A program made the position numbers and the translations under genes. Under the pieces are notes generated by a model. That model was not told where the DNA came from. It did not search any database and worked only from the letters and a program-made list of their open reading frames with translations. From Thermoproteota archaeon (GTDB lineage Archaea > Korarchaeota > Korarchaeia > B14-G2), in the NCBI GenBank assembly GCA_037917675.1, contig JAVCBW010000016.1, positions 15,414 to 79,413 on the forward strand: a DNA stretch of 64,000 nucleotides, in the 5' to 3' direction. This document shows positions 9,516-19,712 of the stretch, piece by piece. Each line of letters begins with the position of its first letter. Position 1 is the first letter of the stretch.

Positions 9516-10652
9516 ATGTTTAAGGTGATCAGAGAAGGGAAGGCTAGAATCCTAGGACCTGACCTGGAGCGTCTAGCTAGAGCTGGGAAGCCATATACTA
9601 AGGCTGAGGTCTTTTACAATCCTAGAATGATTCTGAATAGGGACTTCACGGTGCTCTTTGTATCAGCATTCTTCAGCAAAAATGTTAGAATACTAGATAT
9701 GCTCGCTGGAACTGGGGTACGTGGGATCAGAATAGCCTTAGAAAGCAATATGTCAGTCAGCGGGGTGTTAAACGACAAAAACAAGCTGGCTTACATCGTG
9801 ATGCTGAGAAATGTAGCCTTAAATAGAGTTGCAGATAGGCTGAGAGTAGAAAACTGTGATGCAAACATCCTAGCTCAAGTGGCAGCGCAGTGGGGAGACT
9901 TCTTCGATTACATCGACATAGACCCCTTTGGATCACCAATTCCATTTCTAGACAACGGAATAAGGGTTGTCGGCAGAGAGGGTATCATTGGGTGTACTGC
10001 AACAGATACAGCTGTACTCTATGGGAAGCATGGTTGGAAGGCACTTCGCACATATGGTGTGCAGGTAAAAGCTGTCTCGTGTGGACATGAAGTCGGTCTT
10101 AGACTTCTGATAGGCTATATAGCGAGGCAAGCAGCTAAGCTGGGATATGCTCTTGAAGTACTCGCATCATACTTCGAATACAACTACTTCAGGGTATTTG
10201 CAAAACTCACTAGGAGCCCAAGTAAAGCTGAAAACACTGTCAGGAAGTACATCAAACCTGTCTACTTCTGCAAAATATGCCTGGATTTTTCTGAGAACAG
10301 CAGAGCCTGCGGTCATGAAAGAGAAGTTATAGGACCTATGTGGGTAGGCAGCTTGGGTATGAAGGAGCTCTGTGAAAAAATGTTACATATGTTGACGTAT
10401 ACTGACTTAAGCAGCAAAGACAGGCTTAGGACTATCCTGGTAAGGCTGCTAAATGACATCAGGATACAACGCATCGGATACTATGATCTCGATGAGCTAT
10501 CGTCGAGGCTTCATCTGCCATCTGCTAGGATCAGAGACGTCATCAAACGGCTGAGGGAGCTAGGGTACACGGCTGGGAGAACCCACTTTGCACCTAAAGG
10601 AATTAAGACAGATGCACAGACTGAGGAGGTCATCAGAGCTATATCAGGCTAG
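9516..10652 (+). CDS. trm1: tRNA (guanine(26)-N2)-dimethyltransferase Trm1
   Basis: VFYNPRMILNRD, DIDPFGSP, TATD, RTHF..GIKTDA motifs. Confidence 0.96.
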   Translation: MFKVIREGKARILGPDLERLARAGKPYTKAEVFYNPRMILNRDFTVLFVSAFFSKNVRILDMLAGTGVRGIRIALESNMSVSGVLNDKNKLAYIVMLRNVALNRVADRLRVENCDANILAQVAAQWGDFFDYIDIDPFGSPIPFLDNGIRVVGREGIIGCTATDTAVLYGKHGWKALRTYGVQVKAVSCGHEVGLRLLIGYIARQAAKLGYALEVLASYFEYNYFRVFAKLTRSPSKAENTVRKYIKPVYFCKICLDFSENSRACGHEREVIGPMWVGSLGMKELCEKMLHMLTYTDLSSKDRLRTILVRLLNDIRIQRIGYYDLDELSSRLHLPSARIRDVIKRLRELGYTAGRTHFAPKGIKTDAQTEEVIRAISG

Positions 10653-11059
10653 AACTTCTTTGGAAGCACAGGCTGCTCCTCCTCCCTGACCAAGTACTCG
10701 TTTAGGCTCCTGCACTCAACCCATAAGTCCTCCTCTAGACATTTATACAGGTCAGGACACGAGAAGCATGGGATCTCCAGGAAGATACCTATATGATCTC
10801 CAACAATCTTCTCCAGCTCTGAGCGATTTGCTGGCTGAGTTAAGCTGACTTTGACCATCTTCCCATGCTTATCATATCTTATAGCTATGATGTTTCGCTT
10901 CGCAAGCTGCTTTAGCACATTCTCTAGACGGGCGCTTCTTAGCATTCTCGTGCCAACCTGTTCTCCAAGTTTTTCAACAAGCTCGGAGACGTTCATCCAG
11001 CTGTCTTTTCTACCAGATAACATCTCACATATAGCATTAGCTAATGGGTCGTCTGCCAT
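10649..11059 (-). CDS. transcription factor E beta subunit (archaeal RPC34/C39-like; winged helix plus Fe-S domain)
   Basis: N-terminal winged helix then IPCFSCPDLYKC-x8-CRSLNEYL four-Cys motif; next to gar1 and trm1. Confidence 0.78.
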   Translation of the reverse strand: MADDPLANAICEMLSGRKDSWMNVSELVEKLGEQVGTRMLRSARLENVLKQLAKRNIIAIRYDKHGKMVKVSLTQPANRSELEKIVGDHIGIFLEIPCFSCPDLYKCLEEDLWVECRSLNEYLVREEEQPVLPKKF

Positions 11060-11067
11060 TAAACCAC

Positions 11068-11325
11068 CTAATATGGCAGATCGCCCTCTTCAATTAAGTA
11101 GACAACCCTCCCCTTAAAGTTTTCAGGCAGAGTTATGTCTCTAGAACAACCTACCACTAGGAAGGGGGCTGCCACAGGGCCTATTATGTCCTTTACAACC
11201 CCAAGGACGGTCATTTCGCCATCAACGACCTTTGCTCCTCTTAGGTCACGCTTTGGTGTGGACTCAAGCTTAACTATGAAGTTTCTAGATGGAGTCACAT
11301 GGAGTACTATACCCAGTCTTCTCAA
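11068..11325 (-). CDS. gar1: H/ACA RNP protein Gar1
   Basis: MRRLGIVLH...GVVKDIIGPVAAPF motif; follows srp19. Confidence 0.9.
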   Translation of the reverse strand: MRRLGIVLHVTPSRNFIVKLESTPKRDLRGAKVVDGEMTVLGVVKDIIGPVAAPFLVVGCSRDITLPENFKGRVVYLIEEGDLPY

Positions 11326-11327
11326 GC

Positions 11328-11615
11328 TTAAGACCTCCTCAGCTCTTCTGCTATGGCTCTCAATATATTGGTCTTCTTATCCACTCTCTTAACCAATACA
11401 CGACCTTCTCTATAGAACCACCTAGCAGGATGGTGCTTCTCTCTCTGTAAGATAGGGTCTAAACCAAGTTTCTCAGCAATCTTGAAGATAGACTCGGCAG
11501 ACGGATTTTTTACTGCAAGATTCAGCGGCACACGGCGGCCTTCACCTCTACTTAAGCTGCGGTTAAAGTAGCAGGGGTATAATACTAGCCTATCTCTCCT
11601 CCTCACGTTCTGCAC
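11328..11615 (-). CDS. srp19: signal recognition particle protein SRP19
   Basis: LYPCYFNRSLSRGEGRRVP..LAVKNP, HPARW, GRVLV motifs. Confidence 0.95.
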   Translation of the reverse strand: MQNVRRRDRLVLYPCYFNRSLSRGEGRRVPLNLAVKNPSAESIFKIAEKLGLDPILQREKHHPARWFYREGRVLVKRVDKKTNILRAIAEELRRS

Positions 11616-12000
11616 CTTCTATTAGAATTGCATTGATGACACCATGCTGCCCAGGCCTGGAAACAACCCTTGCTTTCCCAACTTCAGTATCTATTATGGC
11701 TCCACGTGTAATTACTTCTCTACGATCATAATCTGGGTTTGCTGGGTTACTTAGAACCCTGATAATCCTCGCGCGTATAGACTTCCTCTCGCTAGGTATC
11801 GCTACATTCGCGAAATCCGCTGATAAAAGCTTAAGCTTGACGCCTCCCCCTCTCACACGCTGCTTTTTCACCTTAAGCTCTCCGATTACAGTCTCAACAG
11901 GAGGCCTTCCAAGCTCTCTCTTTCTCTTCTTCCTCATGTATGGTATCTTGGCTCCTGTCGGCGTACGCCCACCAGGAACTATCCGACCATGATAGTACAT
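11590..12000 (-). CDS. rps8e: 30S ribosomal protein eS8
   Basis: RKKRKRELGR, RVRGG, NPAN, VSRPGQHGVINA motifs. Confidence 0.97.
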   Translation of the reverse strand: MYYHGRIVPGGRTPTGAKIPYMRKKRKRELGRPPVETVIGELKVKKQRVRGGGVKLKLLSADFANVAIPSERKSIRARIIRVLSNPANPDYDRREVITRGAIIDTEVGKARVVSRPGQHGVINAILIEGAEREEER

Positions 12001-12191
12001 GTTCCTCTACCTTATGCTAGCAGAGCCAATGTTATTAAAGAATCTTGGTGGAGCTATCAGGAATCCTGAGAGTATGAAATCTCAAACTTAACCTCTGCTT
12101 GAATGAGAGTTAACTTAATGTACATAATAATATTTATTTAGACATTATTTTGACACTACCCAAGTATGGAGGATGATGTAGAGGTGACAAG

Positions 12192-12674
12192 ATGCCACGT
12201 AGAAGTAGGGGAGATAAGCTGAGTAAGAGGGAGAGAGTCATTCTCTCTCTTCTAGTAAAGAATGCTAGGCTAAAGTACACTGAGATAGCTAAGAGGGTAG
12301 GAATGTCAATAGCAGGAGTGCTGAAAAGAGTGAAATGGCTAGAGAGTGAAGGATATATAGTGAGGTATACTGCCATACTGAACCATGAAAAGCTGGGAAA
12401 GAACCTTCTAGTGTTTATATTCGTCAAGGCAGAGGCAGGAGCTGCACCGGATATAGCTAAGAAGATAACAAATCTAGATCCTTCATCTATACTTGAGATT
12501 CATGAGGTAACAGGAGAGTACGACTTACTTATCAAAGCTTACGTTGAAGACAGGAAGGCGCTACAGTCGCTGGTACGAAAGATTCTGAGGATCCCCTCAG
12601 TGGTAGCAACGCATACTATATTTTCCCTATCGACGTTTTATGAGAGCCCCTCCGTGATTATAGAGCAGGTGTAG
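12192..12674 (+). CDS. Lrp/AsnC family transcriptional regulator
   Basis: N-terminal HTH (NARLKYTEIAKRVG..RVKWLESEGYI) and RAM domain (EVTGEYDL). Confidence 0.93.
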   Translation: MPRRSRGDKLSKRERVILSLLVKNARLKYTEIAKRVGMSIAGVLKRVKWLESEGYIVRYTAILNHEKLGKNLLVFIFVKAEAGAAPDIAKKITNLDPSSILEIHEVTGEYDLLIKAYVEDRKALQSLVRKILRIPSVVATHTIFSLSTFYESPSVIIEQV

Positions 12675-12721
12675 TGTAAGAGATTTAACACTAGCATAAG
12701 TAGGCTGTAATGGGGGAATAA

Positions 12722-12889
12722 ATGTCGAGGTCTAAGAGGAAGAAGAAGGAGTTTTTACCTGCTACAAGCGCAGGGCTACTATCATTTGCAGGGGAAGAGG
12801 CTGGTGGAGTGAAGATTCCACCATATGTCCCACTGATAATGACTCTGATAGTAGTAGTAGCTGAAATAATACTATGGGTTCTAATGTGA
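12722..12889 (+). CDS. preprotein translocase subunit Sec61beta (not in the ORF track)
   Basis: manual translation MSRSKRKKKEFLPATSAGLLSFAGEEAGGVKIPPYVPLIMTLIVVVAEIILWVLM*: SAGL..F.EE..VKIPP motif plus one C-terminal TM; GGGGGA SD. Confidence 0.9.
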   Translation: MSRSKRKKKEFLPATSAGLLSFAGEEAGGVKIPPYVPLIMTLIVVVAEIILWVLM

Positions 12890-12900
12890 GCGTGAGATGA

Positions 12901-13191
12901 ATGATGCTCTCAGAGATGCAGCAGATGATAAGAGAAATATACGGAAAGAGGGATAAGAGGAGAGGGATAGGAAAGACCTTCATACATCTGATAGAGGAGA
13001 TAGGAGAACTAGCTAGAGCCCTTAGAAAGGGAGATAGCTCTGAGTTGAGCAGAGAGCTGGCAGATACGCTGGCTTGGCTTCTTAGCGTATCAAGTCTCCT
13101 TGGAATAGACTTGGAAGAAGCTTTCATGGTAAGGTATTCCAATATATGCCCTAAGTGTGGGTCTAATCCATGTACATGCCCACCAGTCTAG
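12901..13191 (+). CDS. MazG-like nucleotide pyrophosphohydrolase
   Basis: EEIGEL..ELAD motif; C-terminal CPKC...CTC. Confidence 0.88.
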   Translation: MMLSEMQQMIREIYGKRDKRRGIGKTFIHLIEEIGELARALRKGDSSELSRELADTLAWLLSVSSLLGIDLEEAFMVRYSNICPKCGSNPCTCPPV

Positions 13192-14718
13192 GTGCTTGCT
13201 ATGCCTCTCAGCGAAGTAATGGAGATGGCTGCTAGGAGAGGATTCTTCTGGCAGGGTTTTCGTGATGTGTACTCTGATGCGCCAGCAGGGCTATGGGTAT
13301 ATGGGCCTCTTGGAGTAAAGATGAAGAATAAGGTTGTAGAGCTCTGGAGAGAGAAGATTGTCAAGAGAGAGGAGGGAGTTGAGCTTGACTCAACATGCAT
13401 ATCTCCAGGCAAAGTCTTTGAAGCATCAGGGCATACAAAGCACTTTAACGACAAGCTAGTAGAGTGCCTGAAGTGCCACCATAGGTATAGGGCAGATATG
13501 CTATTAGAAGAGCAAGCTGGACTAACCGGATTAGAAGGGTTAAGTGAGGAGGAGCTGCATGAGCTGATGGTGGGGAAGAGCATTAGATGCCCTCAGTGTG
13601 GAAATGGCGAGTTCTCTGAGGTAAGAAAGTTTAACTTAATGTTTGAAATGAGAATAGGTGCTACTGGAAGAGATATAGCATATTTGCGGCCAGAGACGAC
13701 ACAGAGCTCTGTAGTGGAGATAAGGAGACTCCAGCAGATAGCCAGAAACAAGCTTCCCTTAGTTGTGTGCCAAGTTGGTAAAGCCTTTAGAAATGAGATA
13801 TCACCAAGACATGGGCTGATTAGAACTAGAGAATTCAACATGGCAGAGGTACAGGTATTCTTTGACCCAGAGTACCCAGACTATGAAGAGAAGTTCGAGA
13901 AGGTTAGAGGATACAGGCTTAGGTTCCTCCCAGCCTATGCGAGAGATACAGGAGAAGTCGTAGAGATGACGTGTGAAGAGGCGCTTACAGAGGGGTATAC
14001 GATAAACAAGCTTGTCACATATTGGCTAGCACTATACCAGAAGCTAATGACAGAAGATTATGGGTTTTCTCTCGAGAGAGTGCGATATTATGAGTTAAAT
14101 GAGCATGAAAGAGCCCATTATGCTAGAGCCCACTGGGACCTGCAGATATACAGTGAGGACCTAGGCTGGGTTGAGGTGGTCAATAATGCATATAGGACAG
14201 ACCATGACTTAATAGGACATTCTAAGCTCTCAGGTAGAGAGCTGAGGCTGTATAGTGAGAAGAGGAAACAGAGCATTGTACCACACATGTATGAGCCTTC
14301 TATAGGGATAGACAGGCTCATCCTACACCTGCTTCTCCTTAACTACAGCAAGGAGGGAGAGAGGGTTGTAGAGAAGCTTCCTAGGAAGCTTGCTCCAATA
14401 GATGTAGCTGTCTTCCCGCTTGTAAACAAGCCTGAGCTCAACAAGCTAGCCTCAGAGATATACTACGACCTCCTTGAGGAATTTGAAGTGTTCTATGACG
14501 ACTCAGGGAGTATAGGAAGGAGATACAGGAGGATGGATGAGATAGGTACTCCTGTATGTGTGACAGTAGACTATCAGACACTCGAGGACAAGACGGTAAC
14601 CATGCGAGATAGAGATACAATGAGCCAAGTCAGAGTACATGTCGATGAGCTAAAGTCTGCGATAAATAAGTTTATATCAGGAGAAGCTTTAGAGAAGCTT
14701 GGTACACCGGTCAAATGA
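13192..14718 (+). CDS. glyS: glycine--tRNA ligase (alpha2 type)
   Basis: LRPET, GKAFRNEISPR, REFNMAE, EPSIGIDR, GSIGRRYRRMDEIGTP motifs. Confidence 0.97.
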   Translation: MLAMPLSEVMEMAARRGFFWQGFRDVYSDAPAGLWVYGPLGVKMKNKVVELWREKIVKREEGVELDSTCISPGKVFEASGHTKHFNDKLVECLKCHHRYRADMLLEEQAGLTGLEGLSEEELHELMVGKSIRCPQCGNGEFSEVRKFNLMFEMRIGATGRDIAYLRPETTQSSVVEIRRLQQIARNKLPLVVCQVGKAFRNEISPRHGLIRTREFNMAEVQVFFDPEYPDYEEKFEKVRGYRLRFLPAYARDTGEVVEMTCEEALTEGYTINKLVTYWLALYQKLMTEDYGFSLERVRYYELNEHERAHYARAHWDLQIYSEDLGWVEVVNNAYRTDHDLIGHSKLSGRELRLYSEKRKQSIVPHMYEPSIGIDRLILHLLLLNYSKEGERVVEKLPRKLAPIDVAVFPLVNKPELNKLASEIYYDLLEEFEVFYDDSGSIGRRYRRMDEIGTPVCVTVDYQTLEDKTVTMRDRDTMSQVRVHVDELKSAINKFISGEALEKLGTPVK

Positions 14719-17700
14719 ACTGATCTAAGGTAGACTGCAGCGACAAGTCTCTCTTTATCTTCTCAACCCCCTCTTCTTCCGATATGAGATCTCTCAGCTC
14801 TGATATGAGTATTTTAACTCTCTGCTTCAAGTAGCTTCCTACATCGTATTCCTCTGCAAGCTTCCTAGCTAGATGTAAGTACTTCAGTATGCTATTAACA
14901 CTTATAGTAGAGATCAGCTGCCGCTTACACCTAGGACACTGCCCAGATAGAGGTATTCTATTGAACTTCATATTACAGAGTGGACACCGAAATGACTGCT
15001 GTGTGAATGTCCTTAGGTTTCCTATTATGTCTTTGAGAATATGTGATCTAAGCACCAGAGAAGCGACCTCACTAGGGCTTGTGGCTATAGACTTCTCAGC
15101 TATCTCCATCTGCATCCTCAGCTTCATGTCCATCTTCTCTTTGCTTGCAGGAGAGCCCGCCTCTCCGCTTGAATACGCTGATCTCAAGACTCCATGATAA
15201 ATGCAGCTAGTATCATGAGTATACAGAGGCCTTCCCTTCCCATGTACATATATGTCTTCAAATGTCAAGAGCATATGCCTTACGGAGCCTGGATGCATGA
15301 ATTTCGCTGCAGCCTTATAGAACTCTAGAGGGTACCTACGAACAGCATCTACATTGTATACCTCATCATCTACGGTATTCGGGTCTATTTTTGTTACTAT
15401 AAATAGTGGAACATCCTCTATTCCACCGGTTTTATCTGGAATATATGACCTTGAGAAGTTTAGAAACACATCTAGGGCAAGCATCACAGAGTCCTCATCT
15501 CCATCACAGTTCCTCCTCTTAGCTGCATGGATCAACGGGTGTGCGAAAATAACCCTAGCTGGAGTATATCCTATGATCCTACAAGCTATCGCTGTGAAGG
15601 TGTGAGGAGCCATTGTAAGACATATGTGGCCTATTAAATCCTCTAGGCTCTTTGCGTTATAGTAGGGAGGAAGGTTATACAGCTTGATAAGCAGGTCGTC
15701 TATGAAGTTAGCTACCCTAACCAGGTATTCACCTGCTTCTCTCGGCAGGATTATGTCTTGTGGCTTCAGCTCCAGCATCTGGTCGCTTTTCTCAAGAGGC
15801 CTGCCCTCGATATCATTTATGTACCCAAGCTCGCGTAGCTTCTCGACACTAACTCCTATCTCAAGTGGCTTGAAGTGTGTGAGAGGTGCATCAGTTGAGT
15901 CAAAGCGGCAAGTCCCATCCTTGAAGACGTACACGCCATGCTTAGCCCTTAATAGCCCTTTTTCGATGGGCTCAGGAATCTTGTCCTGATTTATCAGCCC
16001 CTCAACGCCTCTGAGTGTATCTAACACAGCGTCTAGAGGGACACCAACTCTCTTTGAGGCTTTCTCGATGAGAGATTTGACGTCAAGCTTTCTTCTCTGA
16101 TATCTAACACCAGGAACCTTATGCTCCTTACAGAGTCCATTGACCTCCCTTCCACAGACTGGGCATGTTTGGATAGGCTTTACCCTTATCCTACAGTTTG
16201 GGCAAAAGGGATATGGTGACCTCATCCCACAGTTTAGGCAGACACCATTATAGACTTCTATGGGAGTAGGGGACTCTAGTAGTGAGGCTATCTTCCTAGA
16301 TCTGCCTCTCTGTATGCCAACTGGAAACAAGACGTTGACTTTCTTCATAACCCTGGGCTTAGCTTTCTCTGGGCGACCCATTCTAGCTCCTATGTAGAAT
16401 GAGGATTTGGCTCTCTGTGGGACAAGCGAAATCTTATTGAGCGCATCTAAGGTCTCGAACTCTCTGAACTCTGATAGCACCCCCTCCCTATATCCCTTGA
16501 CAGAGACCAGTAGGACTATTGACCACGGTGGGTCTACCAGTATCTTGTCTCCATCTAGCTTGTGTGGGCAGCATATGGACTCTAGAATTCTCTTAAGCTT
16601 CCTGTCTAGTGGAAGCTTTAACGTGAAGTTGCTGGTGTATTCATCTGGCTGAGAAGAGTGAGCCTTGTGTAATGCCTTGGACAAGTACTCTAGCTCTGGA
16701 ACAGTTATGTGACTCCATAGTAAAGTATAGTATGGGTGCAGTGGTATACCAAGCTTCAAGCTCAGTTCAATAGCTACATCGATTGAAGGATGCTGCCTTA
16801 AAGGGTCTTTTAGAACAAGCTCTACTGCTGCAGGATGCTCATGTAGCCTGTTTAGCTTTTCCCTCAGCTCCTCAACCCACCATTCCTCACAGTATCCTGA
16901 AGGAAGAAGCACGGTGTTATTCTCTAGAAACTCCCCGTAGGCTACTAGTATATCTCCACCAAACAACACCTTCTCTACATGTGGAGCTACCTTAGAAGCA
17001 TCTCTATACGTCTCTAGCTTCATGACGCTGCCGTCCTTCAATAGGACTACTGGAGCCTCTATGGTGTCTACTGGCATGACTATAGCGCTTTTACCTGGTC
17101 TCTCCACCCTGAGCTGCGTTCCCACAGCAATGAACCCATTATATATGGCCATCGTAGCAGGATGCATACCGATTGCAGCCAGTCCAGTGTTTCTAGCTCT
17201 CCCATATCGCAACCTAAAGCCTCCCTTTCTAAGCGGTAATGAGAAAACAGGTCTGCCTAGCACCACATCCTCTAGGTAGGCTCTCTTAGGATAGATCACT
17301 GGAGAAGCTCTGCGTGCACCTTGCTCCCTAGGTGTATGTGTGAACTCCTTAAGCCACTCCCATCCGCTTATATTGAGATCTGAGAGTATTTTGAGTAGCT
17401 TGGCAGCTTTCTGTAAGAGACAGTCATTTATTACAAGGACAGCGCCGCCTCTAACCCTATTGGTCTCCACATTATACACGTCCCTGTATGCAACAACCTC
17501 GATACTATGCGTCGGCGGTCCTGTCACCTCTACTGGAAGCCTTCTACATATCTTCTCTATGTCAGCAGGTCTTGACGCCGTATACTGCACACTCTCATAC
17601 TGCTTGTAAAGCAGAACCTCCTCAACATACCTACCTACATGCTCCTCCGTAGGCTGGAAGCTCTCTAACCCTATTTTCCTCCTCAAGACGTCGAGAAGGA

Positions 17701-18151
17701 CCACAGATAGAGCCCCCTCTGTGGCTCCAGCTGTCCTTATCGGACCAGAATAGTATATTGCAGCGTACATTGACCTATCGGGGTTATACTTCACTCTGAC
17801 ATCATGTATGCCTTCTACAGCAGCTGAGACTGTGCAGTCAGTTATGACTGTAAGACCTACTTTGACGGCGATCTCCATAGCTTCGCTTGGCTCCAGCTCT
17901 GGTAGAAGGCTCCTTAGCACATACTCTGCTGAGAGAAATGCAGCCTCATATTTGCTTTTAGCCTCTCCTAACGCCCTTCTAACTATCTCCTTGAGCTCGT
18001 TGCGGCCGAAAATCAGCCCTATCCTTTCAGGAACATCGTTGGCAATATGACATTCTACGACCATATCTGGATCTATACCTCTTGCTCTAGCTTTGGATGC
18101 AATGGAGTATGCTTCTGAGACCTTCTCTTCAATGTACTTGAGATAGCTCAT
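14711..18151 (-). CDS. polC: DNA polymerase D large subunit DP2
   Basis: GPIRTAGAT, GGFRLRYGR, RMGRPEKAK, AAKRRNCDGDED catalytic motif, two Zn modules, C-terminal PIP box QSTLDQF; no intein. Confidence 0.97.
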   Translation of the reverse strand: MSYLKYIEEKVSEAYSIASKARARGIDPDMVVECHIANDVPERIGLIFGRNELKEIVRRALGEAKSKYEAAFLSAEYVLRSLLPELEPSEAMEIAVKVGLTVITDCTVSAAVEGIHDVRVKYNPDRSMYAAIYYSGPIRTAGATEGALSVVLLDVLRRKIGLESFQPTEEHVGRYVEEVLLYKQYESVQYTASRPADIEKICRRLPVEVTGPPTHSIEVVAYRDVYNVETNRVRGGAVLVINDCLLQKAAKLLKILSDLNISGWEWLKEFTHTPREQGARRASPVIYPKRAYLEDVVLGRPVFSLPLRKGGFRLRYGRARNTGLAAIGMHPATMAIYNGFIAVGTQLRVERPGKSAIVMPVDTIEAPVVLLKDGSVMKLETYRDASKVAPHVEKVLFGGDILVAYGEFLENNTVLLPSGYCEEWWVEELREKLNRLHEHPAAVELVLKDPLRQHPSIDVAIELSLKLGIPLHPYYTLLWSHITVPELEYLSKALHKAHSSQPDEYTSNFTLKLPLDRKLKRILESICCPHKLDGDKILVDPPWSIVLLVSVKGYREGVLSEFREFETLDALNKISLVPQRAKSSFYIGARMGRPEKAKPRVMKKVNVLFPVGIQRGRSRKIASLLESPTPIEVYNGVCLNCGMRSPYPFCPNCRIRVKPIQTCPVCGREVNGLCKEHKVPGVRYQRRKLDVKSLIEKASKRVGVPLDAVLDTLRGVEGLINQDKIPEPIEKGLLRAKHGVYVFKDGTCRFDSTDAPLTHFKPLEIGVSVEKLRELGYINDIEGRPLEKSDQMLELKPQDIILPREAGEYLVRVANFIDDLLIKLYNLPPYYNAKSLEDLIGHICLTMAPHTFTAIACRIIGYTPARVIFAHPLIHAAKRRNCDGDEDSVMLALDVFLNFSRSYIPDKTGGIEDVPLFIVTKIDPNTVDDEVYNVDAVRRYPLEFYKAAAKFMHPGSVRHMLLTFEDIYVHGKGRPLYTHDTSCIYHGVLRSAYSSGEAGSPASKEKMDMKLRMQMEIAEKSIATSPSEVASLVLRSHILKDIIGNLRTFTQQSFRCPLCNMKFNRIPLSGQCPRCKRQLISTISVNSILKYLHLARKLAEEYDVGSYLKQRVKILISELRDLISEEEGVEKIKRDLSLQSTLDQFI

Positions 18152-18214
18152 GTCTAGTATGGCTCTCTAACCTAACTTTTTTAGCTTACTCTTGAGAGAG
18201 TATGTGGGGATATC

Positions 18215-18448
18215 TTGGGAGGAAGGAGGAAGAAGAAGCGTATAATTAGGAGAAGGCCAAGGAGACCGAGGTCCATATATCCCTGTCCAATATGCCAGAG
18301 AGATGGAGTTATAGTGAAAGTAGATAAAAGGGAGAAGAAAGCTGCTGTAGCATGTATGTTCTGTGGTTTTAGCGACACTATAGAGGTCATGCCAGGAGAG
18401 GAGAAGATTGACATATATAGTAGAGTTGTAGATAAAGTCATTGAGTAA
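18215..18448 (+). CDS. elf1: transcription elongation factor Elf1
   Basis: basic N-terminus MGGRRKKKR; CPIC..CMFC Zn ribbon; IDIYSRVVD motif. Confidence 0.88.
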   Translation: MGGRRKKKRIIRRRPRRPRSIYPCPICQRDGVIVKVDKREKKAAVACMFCGFSDTIEVMPGEEKIDIYSRVVDKVIE

Positions 18449-19136
18449 GCTTAAGGTAAATAGAGCGAAGAACCTCTTTAGAGAGGAAGAGTACAAACAG
18501 CATCGTTTCCCTAAGTGGATTTATCTTTGACTTAGAGCCTGAGTAGGAGACTGCTACAGGCACTTCGCCCATCTTCAGCTTGCTTCTGGCCGCATCTACT
18601 AGGATCTGGCTTTCAACAAGGTAGCCACGTTCACGTATAGGTACCTTCTTCAAGGTAGTTCGTGTGAAGGCTCTAAGGCCACACTGGGTGTCTTTAACAG
18701 GTATTTTGAACAGTATCCTTAGGAGTGCTGATGAAATGATATTTGATAGCCTTCTGACAAAGGGTATTTCTTTGCTTAGCTCTCTGCAACCAACTACGAT
18801 ATCATATCCTTCATTTAACTTCGTGATGAGCTTGGGGATCTCTGCTGGGTTATACTGCGCATCTCCATCAATAGCCACTATGACATCAGCATCAAGTTCA
18901 AGTGCCTTGCTTATACCAGTTTTTAGAGCAGCACCCTTACCCATATTTTTCGGGTGCTGTAGTACTATTGCTCCAGCCTCGACTGCCATATCATATGTCT
19001 CATCAACTGACCCATCATCTACTACTATAATGGAGTCTACATATGAGCCTAGTTCCCTAACCAGCTTTCCTATACTCTCTTCCTCATTGTATGCTGGTAC
19101 CACAGCTATGACTTTCTTACCCAAGTTTGGCTTCAT
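18438..19136 (-). CDS. glycosyltransferase family 2 (DPM1-like)
   Basis: VPAYNEE, VDDGS, NMGKGAA, DGDAQ, DTQCG motifs. Confidence 0.93.
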   Translation of the reverse strand: MKPNLGKKVIAVVPAYNEEESIGKLVRELGSYVDSIIVVDDGSVDETYDMAVEAGAIVLQHPKNMGKGAALKTGISKALELDADVIVAIDGDAQYNPAEIPKLITKLNEGYDIVVGCRELSKEIPFVRRLSNIISSALLRILFKIPVKDTQCGLRAFTRTTLKKVPIRERGYLVESQILVDAARSKLKMGEVPVAVSYSGSKSKINPLRETMLFVLFLSKEVLRSIYLKLTQ

Positions 19137-19689
19137 TATATCCTCTCTTAACAGCCTCTATGTTTTTCTCAAGCATGCCCCCAGACCATCTCCTCTGGAT
19201 AGCCTTTAGCACAGAATCTAGGCTGGTTAGCTTAGAGGCCTTTACGACAGCCCCTAGCATCGCAGTATTCGGGACAACGAGGCCAGCTACAGTTAGCCCA
19301 AGTTCTGTTGCTATCCTGACGGCATCGAGGGTAGCTACTCTGCAGTTGGTGAGAGACAGCTCAGACCTCAGTTTGCTTGGAGCCAGCTGCGAGTTAATTA
19401 CTATCAGACCACCAGGCTTTAGCCCCTCGGTTACGTCAATGACATCGTATATCATTGGGTCTAAGACAACAACGACATCTGGGTTGTATATCATGCTCCT
19501 TATGTGTATTGGTGACTCGGATATTCTGGTGAAGGCCTGAACCGGAGCTCCTCTCCTCTCTGCTCCAAAGAATGGAAATGATTGAGCCCACTTTCCTTCT
19601 AGGAAACATGCTTCAGCTAATATTTCACTTGCAATGACAAGACCCTGCCCACCACGACCATGCCACCTTACCTCAACCACCCTCGGCAA
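19117..19689 (-). CDS. pyruvate/2-oxoacid:ferredoxin oxidoreductase gamma subunit
   Basis: EVRWHGRGGQG, FGAERRGAPV, PNTAMLGA motifs. Confidence 0.94.
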   Translation of the reverse strand: MPRVVEVRWHGRGGQGLVIASEILAEACFLEGKWAQSFPFFGAERRGAPVQAFTRISESPIHIRSMIYNPDVVVVLDPMIYDVIDVTEGLKPGGLIVINSQLAPSKLRSELSLTNCRVATLDAVRIATELGLTVAGLVVPNTAMLGAVVKASKLTSLDSVLKAIQRRWSGGMLEKNIEAVKRGYNEAKLG

Positions 19690-19712
19690 GATGACACCTC
19701 ACATAGCTTTAG

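Noticed and set aside
18664-19540. Long antisense ORFs (e.g. 18664-19209, 19127-19540; also 41455-42057, 45883-46659, 52663-53256)
   Set aside because: Ser/Leu-rich shadows of well-supported genes on the opposite strand
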